From assembly GCA_016716005.1 (NCBI GenBank), contig JADJXE010000001.1:2167733-2231732 (forward strand): a DNA stretch of 64,000 bases, given 5' to 3'. Below are positions 57,660-64,000 of the stretch, one piece after another. How positions within the stretch are numbered: the stretch's first letter is position 1; every line of letters begins with the position of its first letter. The notes beneath the pieces are model-generated. The model saw nothing but the letters and a program-made list of their open reading frames with translations, ran no database searches and was not told the origin of the DNA. The position numbers and the translations under genes were made by a program. This DNA is from Acidimicrobiales bacterium (GTDB lineage Bacteria > Actinomycetota > Acidimicrobiia > Acidimicrobiales > JADJXE01).

Positions 57660-58928
57660 GTGCGCGACCACCGACGGCTGAACCGGGTGATGGTGGTCGT
57701 GGCGGCCGTGCTGGGCACCCTCGCCGTGGTCGCCTCGGTGGTCGTCGCCGTGGTGGCGATCGTGATCGACCGGGCGGTCACGGTGGACACCGTCACCGAC
57801 CCCGAGGTGCTGGCCTTCTACGACGCCCCGTCCGGGTGGGAGGACGCCGCGCCGGGCGAGCTGCTGCGGTCGGCTCCGCTGCCCGGCGGCCCGGCCGCGG
57901 CCCGGGCGTGGCGGGTGCTGTACCGGACCGAGGGTGCGTCGGGGGAGCCTCGCGTGTCGTCCGGCATGGTGTTCGCCCCCGAGGGCGCGACCCCGCCCGG
58001 CGGTCGGCCGGTGGTGGCCTGGGCCCACCCCACCGTGGGCATGGGCCGCAGCTGCACCCCGTCGCTCCGGGTCGACCCCATCGCCGACATGCCCTGGCTG
58101 GAGGGGATGCTGTCGCAGGGCTGGGTGGTGACCGCCACCGACTACGCCGGCCTCGGCACCGACGGTGACCTGGCCTACCTGATCAGCGCGGCCGAGTCGT
58201 ACGACGTGCTCAACTCCGTCCGCATGCTCGACGGCCTGCCCGAGGCCGGCGCCGGCGACCGCTACGCGCTCTGGGGCCACTCCCAGGGGGGCCACGCGGT
58301 GTACGCCGCGGCCGAGGTGGCGAGCGGGTACCTGCCCGACGAGGAGCTGGTCGCCGTGGCGGCGGCGGCGCCGGCCACCGCGCTGGTGCCGCTGGTCGAG
58401 GCCCAGTGGGACACCACGATCGCCTGGGTGCTCGGCTCGGAGGTGCTGCAGGCCTGGCCGCAGCAGTACCCGGCCCTCGACGTCGATGCCGTCACCACGG
58501 AGGAGGGCCGGGACCGCGCGCGGGGGCTGGCCGACCGGTGCATCGACGCCGGGGCCGTCGAGGCCGAGCTGATCGACGTGTTCGGTGGCCGTCTCTTCAG
58601 CGAGGACCCGATGGGGGAGCCGGCGTGGCGGGAGGTGGCCGAGGAGAACTCGCCGGACGGGCTGCCCACCGACGTGCCGATCCTGATCGCCCAGGGCCTG
58701 TCGGACCCGGTGGTGCTCCCGCCGGTGCAGCTCGGCTACGTGCGCGGCCAGTGCGAGCGCGGGGTGGCGCTCAGCCAGGTGTGGATGGGCGAAACGGGGC
58801 ACACCAAGGCGGCCTGGATCTCGGGGCCGATCGCCACCACGTGGCTGGCCGGGCGCTTCGACGGCGTGCCGGCTGGCGGCGACTGCGCCGTGGCCCTCCC
58901 GCCGCTGCGCGCCCGGTCGCGCGGCTGA
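57660..58928 (+). CDS. secretory lipase (LIP) family protein with N-terminal membrane anchor
   Basis: TM anchor VMVVVAAVLGTLAVVASVVVAVVAIVI. Carries VVAWAHPTVGMGRSCTPS, TDYAGLG and the nucleophile elbow WGHSQGG. Confidence 0.8.
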   Translation: MRDHRRLNRVMVVVAAVLGTLAVVASVVVAVVAIVIDRAVTVDTVTDPEVLAFYDAPSGWEDAAPGELLRSAPLPGGPAAARAWRVLYRTEGASGEPRVSSGMVFAPEGATPPGGRPVVAWAHPTVGMGRSCTPSLRVDPIADMPWLEGMLSQGWVVTATDYAGLGTDGDLAYLISAAESYDVLNSVRMLDGLPEAGAGDRYALWGHSQGGHAVYAAAEVASGYLPDEELVAVAAAAPATALVPLVEAQWDTTIAWVLGSEVLQAWPQQYPALDVDAVTTEEGRDRARGLADRCIDAGAVEAELIDVFGGRLFSEDPMGEPAWREVAEENSPDGLPTDVPILIAQGLSDPVVLPPVQLGYVRGQCERGVALSQVWMGETGHTKAAWISGPIATTWLAGRFDGVPAGGDCAVALPPLRARSRG

Positions 58929-58994
58929 CCGGCCCGTTGCGCCGGCCCGGCCGCGGGCGTAGCGTTGTCCAACTCGACACCAGGGGGGTGGTCG

Positions 58995-59441
58995 ATGGTC
59001 GCGATCCCTGCTCCGGCCCAGGCGTTGCTCGGCTCCGATGCCGTGGCGCACGTGTGGACCAGCAACCCGGACGGCTCGCCGCAGGTGTCGGTGGTGTGGG
59101 TGCTCGTACGAGGCGACGAGATCCTGTTCGGCACCGACGGGGCGAGCCGCAAGGCGCAGAACCTGGCGAGGAACCCGCGCGTGATCCTCTCGATCGAGGA
59201 CAGCGAGCGCAACGAGCGGGGGTTCCAGCGCCATCTGGTCGTGCACGGGCGGGCCACCATCGACGGCGGCCCCGACCCGGCTGTCATGGACGCCATGGCG
59301 ATGAAGTACCTCGGGCTCGACCGGCACCCGCTGGCCATCCGCACGTCTCCCACCGCGGTGGTGGTGCGGGTGGAGATCGACCGCATCAGCGGGCTCGGTC
59401 CCTGGGTCGACGACCGCTCCCTGCAGCCCACCGGCTCCTGA
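58995..59441 (+). CDS. PPOX-class (split beta-barrel) probable F420-dependent oxidoreductase
   Basis: MVAIPAPAQALLGSDAVAHVWTSNPDGSPQVSVVWVLVRGDEILFGTDGASRKAQNLARNPRVILSIED. A paralogue of the gene at 38641. Confidence 0.7.
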   Translation: MVAIPAPAQALLGSDAVAHVWTSNPDGSPQVSVVWVLVRGDEILFGTDGASRKAQNLARNPRVILSIEDSERNERGFQRHLVVHGRATIDGGPDPAVMDAMAMKYLGLDRHPLAIRTSPTAVVVRVEIDRISGLGPWVDDRSLQPTGS

Positions 59442-59447
59442 CCCACA

Positions 59448-59469
59448 CCGGCCGCGGCGCTGCGGCCGG
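59448..59469 (+). terminator. short GC hairpin after the PPOX gene
   Basis: CCGGCCGC-GGCGCT-GCGGCCGG is a perfect 8-bp stem 7 nt after the stop. Confidence 0.3.
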
Positions 59470-59489
59470 CCCGGTGGGACGATGAGCGG

Positions 59490-60773
59490 GTGACCGACGA
59501 GGGGCTCACGGCGCCCGACGGGCCGCGCCGCTCGCGCGTGTTCCGCTCGCTCCGCCACCGCAACGCGCGCCTGTACTTCCTCGGGCTGGTGGTCTCGAAC
59601 GTCGGCACGTGGCTGCAGGCCACGGCGCTGGCGTGGCTCGTGCTCGGCCTCACCGGGAGCGGCACGGCGCTCGGCATCGTCACGGCCCTGCAGTTCCTGC
59701 CCATGCTGCTGTTCGGGGCGTGGGGCGGTGCCATCGCCGATCGCGTCGACCGCCGCCGCCTGCTGTACCTCACCCAGTCGCTGGCCGCCGCGCAGGCCAT
59801 CGTGCTCGGGGCAGCGGTGCTGGGCGGGTGGGTGACGATCGGCCTCGTCTACGCGCTCGCTGCCGCTCTCGGGCTGATCAACGCGGTCGACACACCGGTG
59901 CGGCGGTCGTTCATCGGCGACCTGGTCGAGCACGACGAGCTGGCCAACGCCATGTCGCTGAACACCGCGGTGATGACAGGTTCACGGATCGCGGGCCCGG
60001 CCCTGGCCGGCCTCCTCATCGATGTCGTCGGCACCGGCTGGTGCTTCGTGGCCAACGGCGTGTCGTTCGCGGCCCTCCTGCTCGCCCTCGCCGCCATCGA
60101 CCGGACCGCCGTGCACCCGGTGCCGCCCGTCGGTGACGCGCGCGGCCAGGTGCTGGCGGGGCTGCGCTACGTGCGGAGCCACCCGGTGCTGCGGCTCACC
60201 ATGCTCACCCTGCTCGTGGTGTCGACGTTCACGTTCAACTACCAGGTCACCCTGCCGCTGCTGGTGGATCGGGTGTTCGGCGGCGGCGCAGGAGCCTTCG
60301 GGGCGCTGCTCGCCATCATCAGCGCCGGGAGCCTGGTCGGGTCGTTCGTGACGGCGGCCCGCCCCGACGCCACGGTGCGGTTCATGCTGGGCTCACTGGC
60401 CGTGCTGGGGGTGTTCCTGGGCCTGCTGGCCCTCGCCCCGACCCTGCCCGTCGCCATGGCCCTGGGCGTGCCCATGGGCGCCGGTGGCGCCGCCTTCGTG
60501 GCCTGCACCAGCGGTCTGCTGGTGGCCAACACCGCACCTCAGCTCCGGGGTCGGGTGCTGGCCCTGCAGTCGATCGCCTTCCTCGGGTCGACGCCGATCG
60601 GCGGGCCGGTGGTCGGCTGGATCGGCGAGGAGGCCGGCGCCCGCTGGGCGCTGGCCGTGGGCGCGATCGTGGCGCTGGGCACGCTGGTCGTGGCCGCGCT
60701 GGCCGCCCGCACCGGCCTCCGGCCCGACCGGGCCGCGGCGCACGAGGAGATCAGCGGCGTGCCGCAGGCCTGA
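59490..60773 (+). CDS. MFS transporter (DHA3/EntS-like)
   Basis: 427 aa with 12 predicted TM helices and the GAIADRVDRRRLLY loop motif. A paralogue of the MFS half of the fusion at 34632-37457. Confidence 0.85.
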   Translation: MTDEGLTAPDGPRRSRVFRSLRHRNARLYFLGLVVSNVGTWLQATALAWLVLGLTGSGTALGIVTALQFLPMLLFGAWGGAIADRVDRRRLLYLTQSLAAAQAIVLGAAVLGGWVTIGLVYALAAALGLINAVDTPVRRSFIGDLVEHDELANAMSLNTAVMTGSRIAGPALAGLLIDVVGTGWCFVANGVSFAALLLALAAIDRTAVHPVPPVGDARGQVLAGLRYVRSHPVLRLTMLTLLVVSTFTFNYQVTLPLLVDRVFGGGAGAFGALLAIISAGSLVGSFVTAARPDATVRFMLGSLAVLGVFLGLLALAPTLPVAMALGVPMGAGGAAFVACTSGLLVANTAPQLRGRVLALQSIAFLGSTPIGGPVVGWIGEEAGARWALAVGAIVALGTLVVAALAARTGLRPDRAAAHEEISGVPQA

Positions 60774-61005
60774 TCAGGTTCCACACGAGCAGGACGACGA
60801 CCGCCCCGACGAACGAGCCGATCAGCCCGCTCGGCCGGAGCTTCACGCCGTCACCGGCGATGAGGCTCACGAGCAGTCCGCCGACGAAGGAGCCGACCAG
60901 GCCGGCGACCAGCGACTGCGCGTTCGGCCGCGTGCCCATGCCGAGGAGCAGCTGGGCGAGCCAGCCGATGAGCATGCCGAAGGCGAGGATGGCCAGGATG
61001 AGCAC
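60751..61005 (-). CDS. GlsB/YeaQ/YmgE-family small stress membrane protein
   Basis: GTG start VLILAILAFGMLIGWLAQLLLG...GLVGSFVGGLL...GSFVGAVVVLLVW. The upstream part of the track ORF was discarded. The 3' end overlaps the convergent MFS gene by 23 nt. Confidence 0.65.
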   Translation of the reverse strand: MLILAILAFGMLIGWLAQLLLGMGTRPNAQSLVAGLVGSFVGGLLVSLIAGDGVKLRPSGLIGSFVGAVVVLLVWNLIRPAARR

Positions 61006-61158
61006 GGGGAGCTCCAGACGATGGCGGACGGCGTCAGCGCGCCACGATACGACGCCGTGCCGGCACCGGCGCCACCGCCCGTCCGCATCGAGCCGGTCCT
61101 CGCGGCCCAGGTTCACCAGCACCTCGGCCTGGGTCACGCCGTCGGCCCGCTCCGCCGT

Positions 61159-62367
61159 TCAGGCGGCTCGGGGTGGGGGCCGCGATCTGGGGCGTGCGGT
61201 GCGGGCCCGGTTGTGGGGGCCGCACAGCAGCCGACCGTTGGCCTGGGTGGTGGGCCCGCCGGCCTCCCACGGCACGATGTGGTCGACCTGGCAGCGGCCG
61301 GCGGGCACGTCGCAGCCCGAAGGGTGCCGGCAGTGGCCGTCGCGCACCTGGATCACCCGGCGCAGCGCCCCGGTGAAGAACCGCTCGCGGACGCTCACCG
61401 ACAGGGCCCGCCGGGCCGAGTCGAACACGATCGACTCGATGTCGGCCCGCTCCAGCAGGGGCAGCCACTGGCCCCGGCCGAGCACCGTGCCGTCATCCAG
61501 CCGGCACAACCCGCCGGCGAAGTCCTCCAAGCCGACCACCACGGTGATCAGCGGCTCCGGCCGGCGGCCACCAGCCGGCGCGGCGCGGGACCGCTCGGCC
61601 ATGCGCACCAGAGCATCGGCCCGCCGCTGGGCCGGGGTGCGGGCCAGCTCGGCCGACCCCACGTGGTCGCAGCCCAACCGGGCGCGGGCCTCGGCCACGT
61701 CGTCGTCGTACAGCAGGTCCTCCAGACGCTGGAGCTCGCCCTGCACCGCGGTGCCCCACACCGCGTCCAGCCGGCCCCGCAGATCGAAGCTCCCCCCGAA
61801 CGTGCGCACCAGGCTCACGAAGCGCCCGTCGCGCTCGCGTCGGGCCCGCTCGGTCTCACCGTCGGCGTCCACCCGCAACAGCCAGTAGGCCACCGCCTGC
61901 TCGAACTGCGCGAACCGCAGCGACCGGGCCTGACCCACCAGCACCGCCTCGTCGCGGGCCAGGGCCTCCTCGTGCTCAGGGGTGTGCAACCGCACGAACA
62001 CGTCCACATGGTCGGCGCCGATCTCCCCCGCCTCGAACGCGGCGCCCACCAACGGCAGGTCGCGCAGATGCCGGCCCCGGCGCACCTGGGCCTTGGCCGT
62101 GCGCCCGGCCACGTTGGCCTCCCGACCCAGCCGGGCCCCCGAGCTGCGAGACCCGTCGTCGGCCCACGACCCGCTGGCGTCCCACGCCGCCGCCCACCGG
62201 GCCGCCAGCGCGTCCAGCCGGGCCCGCTCCACCAGCAGGGCCACCGCCATCTCGTGGCGCACCCCGGCCGGGGCCCCCTCGGGATCCATGGCCGCGCACC
62301 GCCCGATGGCCTGGCGCAGCGCCCCCAACACCCCCACGTCCCGCTCGGGCGCCACGTCCGCCTTCAT
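61159..62367 (-). mobile_element. DUF222 + HNH endonuclease protein (13E12-repeat-family type)
   Basis: 402-aa ORF. The N-terminal DUF222-like region has many Arg/Ala-rich helices. The C-terminus VRDGHCRHPSGCDVPAGRCQVDHIVPWEAGGPTTQANGRLLCGPHN is the HNH signature. Confidence 0.85.
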
Positions 62368-62390
62368 GCCCGCCAGCCTACCACACGAGA

Positions 62391-62406
62391 TCGAACGTAT
62401 GTTCGA
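62391..62406. promoter_or_regulatory. LexA (SOS) box, perfect mycobacterial-type consensus
   Basis: TCGAACGTATGTTCGA matches TCGAAC-N4-GTTCGA. It lies 24 nt upstream of the DUF222-HNH ATG (62367). Confidence 0.7.
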
Positions 62407-62999
62407 CTATTTCGGTACAGGGCGACCGGTCTGGTGGCTGAGCATCGACGGCATCGAGCGGGAGGACCGTCGGGTGGCGTTCAGACAACTGGACCCGGGA
62501 GTCGGGCGAACGACCCGACCGAGCGGATAGCCGAGCGCGACGAACTCGCCGAACAGCTCGGTGGCCCACACGTGCGGGTCGTCGAGCGCGACGGCCCCTT
62601 CGTGTCAGCCCCATCGGCACCGCCGGCACCGCCGCGCACACCACCTCACCAGCGACAACGATTCGGGAGTCCTTCGCACCTGGCGCCGATCGTCCGATCG
62701 CGAGGTCGTTGCCGGCTCAGATCCGGGCCGGCGCTCCAACCTCACGCCCCACGTGACGGTCCCGGCCCCAGTCATGGATGCCTGCGCGTCGCTCTCCCCG
62801 TTCGGGTGACCGGGAGCCTCGCCAGCGCTGTCGACACGAGATCGCGTGCGTCTCAGCTCTGACCCGAGAGCGGACGCGGCGGCATCGCTTCCACGGGTCT
62901 GCTCGGTGTCCTCGCCGATGAGCGCACCCGTCGCCTGCGAACGCTCGTTGCGCAGCCACCGGTCACCGTCTCACCCCACACCACTGCCGATCACCCGAT

Positions 63000-63180
63000 C
63001 AGTCCGGCCATTGACGGACCTGCCGACCACGCCGACCGCCTCGCCGGGAACCACCGACAGGTCCGGCGCCTGGTCGACGATCGACGCGTCCCGGTCGTGA
63101 GGTGGGGCCACCTGCTCCGGTTCGACCCGGACGAGATCGCTGCCTGGCTCGACGCTGCCCGAGTGCCCGCCGAGCCGTGA
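63000..63180 (+). pseudogene. excisionase-family (HTH_17-like) DNA-binding domain remnant without start codon
   Basis: The frame reads ...ADRLAGNHRQVRRLVDDRRVPVVRWGHLLRFDPDEIAAWLDAARVPAEP* (TGA 63178-63180). No ATG/GTG/TTG lies upstream of the HTH in this frame, back to the preceding stop near 62860. Confidence 0.4.
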
Positions 63181-63184
63181 CCCG

Positions 63185-63660
63185 CTACAGCGGCCTGATG
63201 ACGATCTCGGGATGGCCGCTGGCGAGCGGCTCGAGGTCGTCGGGATCGCCGGTGAGCACGACGCCGCCGCCGAGCTCGATCGCGGAGGCCACCACCAGCG
63301 CGTCGACCGTGGAAGCCGAACGGGCGGCACCGAGCAGCGCGCCCGCTGCGCGCCCAGTGCTCTCGTCGGCGGAGGTCACCTCGCCAACGGCCTTGACCAC
63401 GCTATTGACCGGGCGCGAAGGTCGTTGCGGGACAGGGCGATGACGGCACCGCCGTCGAGGATCAGGCGCTGCGGCGGGGGGCTTGGGTGCGGCGGTGGGG
63501 CCCCGCCACAGCAGCCGGGCCTCCTCCATCAGGTCTTCGGGGATCGCGCCCGATTCGGCTACCCCGAGTAGCAATCCCTTGCGAGCGCCGCACGCCTCTC
63601 CCGGCCCGCCAGCTGTTCCTGAGTGCGTTGGTCGAATGCCTCTCAGGGTTCGAGGAACGA
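63185..63660 (-). pseudogene. decayed type II toxin-antitoxin remnant (PIN-like toxin C-terminus plus frameshifted N-terminus and antitoxin fragments)
   Basis: The toxin C-terminus GALLGAARSASTVDALVVASAIELGGGVVLTGDPDDLEPL is in one frame. The N-terminus RLILDGGAVIALSRNDLRARS is in another frame ending in a stop. Antitoxin-like pieces (EAFDQRTQEQLAGRERRAALAR; GAIPEDLMEEARLLW) are in different frames. Confidence 0.45.
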
Positions 63661-63790
63661 CTCGGCGTGACCTTCTCCGTGGATCTCAGGACGCCCTGGC
63701 CAGCGATCCGAACTCGCGTCGAGGCCTCTGGAAGCACCGGCCACGCGGGCCGATCGGCCGGCGGTCCGACGGACCACAGACGGGCCGAAT

Positions 63791-63826
63791 GGGCCGCTGA
63801 CCCAGGTCTCCCCAGGTCAGCGGCCC
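63791..63826 (-). terminator. hairpin immediately downstream of glnA
   Basis: GGGCCGCTGACC-12 nt-GGTCAGCGGCCC is a perfect 12-bp stem 7 nt after the glnA stop. Confidence 0.5.
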
Positions 63827-63832
63827 ACTGGC

Positions 63833-64000
63833 TCAGATGTCGTAGTAGAGGGCGAACTCGTAGGGGTGCGGCCGCAGCCGGATCGCGTCGACCTCGTTCT
63901 CGCGCTTGTAGCGGATGTGGGTCTCGATCAGGTCGTCGGTGAACACCCCGCCCTTCTTCAGGTACTCCTGGTCGGCCTCGAGGGCCAGCAGGGCCTCGTC
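63833..64000 (-). CDS. glnA: glutamine synthetase type I, C-terminal fragment (gene continues beyond window)
   Basis: Reverse translation [55 protein letters not shown] matches the conserved GSI C-terminus. Confidence 0.9.
   Translation of the reverse strand, partial: DEALLALEADQEYLKKGGVFTDDLIETHIRYKRENEVDAIRLRPHPYEFALYYDI

Noticed and set aside
60484-62862. 792-aa plus-strand ORF and the 182-aa ORF 61982..62530 across the HNH locus.
   Set aside because: They are antisense to the DUF222-HNH gene and the MFS gene end, Arg/Pro-rich and without motifs.

Overview
A high-GC (about 70%+) chromosomal window. Its gene content points to Actinomycetota: WhiB7, clpS-DUF2017, a DUF222/13E12-type HNH protein behind a mycobacterial-type SOS box, and a Glu-Asp-Phe tRNA cluster. 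The caa3-type oxidase, with cytochrome c fused to CtaC, suggests a deep-branching class such as Acidimicrobiia; that placement is inference. Most of the window is core metabolism. It holds a purine operon (purB end, purC-S-Q, purL-F-M), pyrE, a malic enzyme, three tRNAs, clpS, ctaB and a caa3 ctaCDEF operon, an ABC-2 exporter, serS, sdhCD, a P450/SDR pair and an MMPL transporter. It also holds an osmoprotectant ABC system, pdxH, ccdA/tlpA, whiB7, orn, dut, a CoA-transferase/DLH pair, a GGDEF-EAL protein, an amine oxidase plus ferredoxin reductase, a secreted NodB deacetylase, an orphan SBP, a lipase, MFS transporters and the glnA 3' end. Many very long ORFs in the track are Arg/Pro/Gly-rich shadow frames typical of high-GC DNA, and I rejected them. 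The most unusual feature is at 13.4-16.7 kb. Between ctaB and the genuine ctaCDEF operon sits a second, colinear set of heme-copper-oxidase-like genes: CoxI-like, CoxIII-like and a CtaF-like membrane protein with a cupredoxin-like domain. Every canonical heme/Cu ligand position that can be aligned to the neighbouring genuine subunits is substituted in these copies. Other observations worth follow-up: (1) an in-frame MFS-Lnt fusion; (2) a WhiB7 orthologue with a long leader carrying a uORF and a terminator hairpin; (3) a perfect TCGAAC-N4-GTTCGA SOS box in front of the DUF222-HNH gene, followed by a decayed excisionase/toxin-antitoxin islet; (4) a deacetylase with 42-aa C-terminal repeats that include a near-perfect 126-bp tandem duplication; (5) sdhCD without sdhAB, preceded by a translationally coupled 41-codon membrane ORF. 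All coordinates and calls come from reading the sequence and ORF track; no database search was run.
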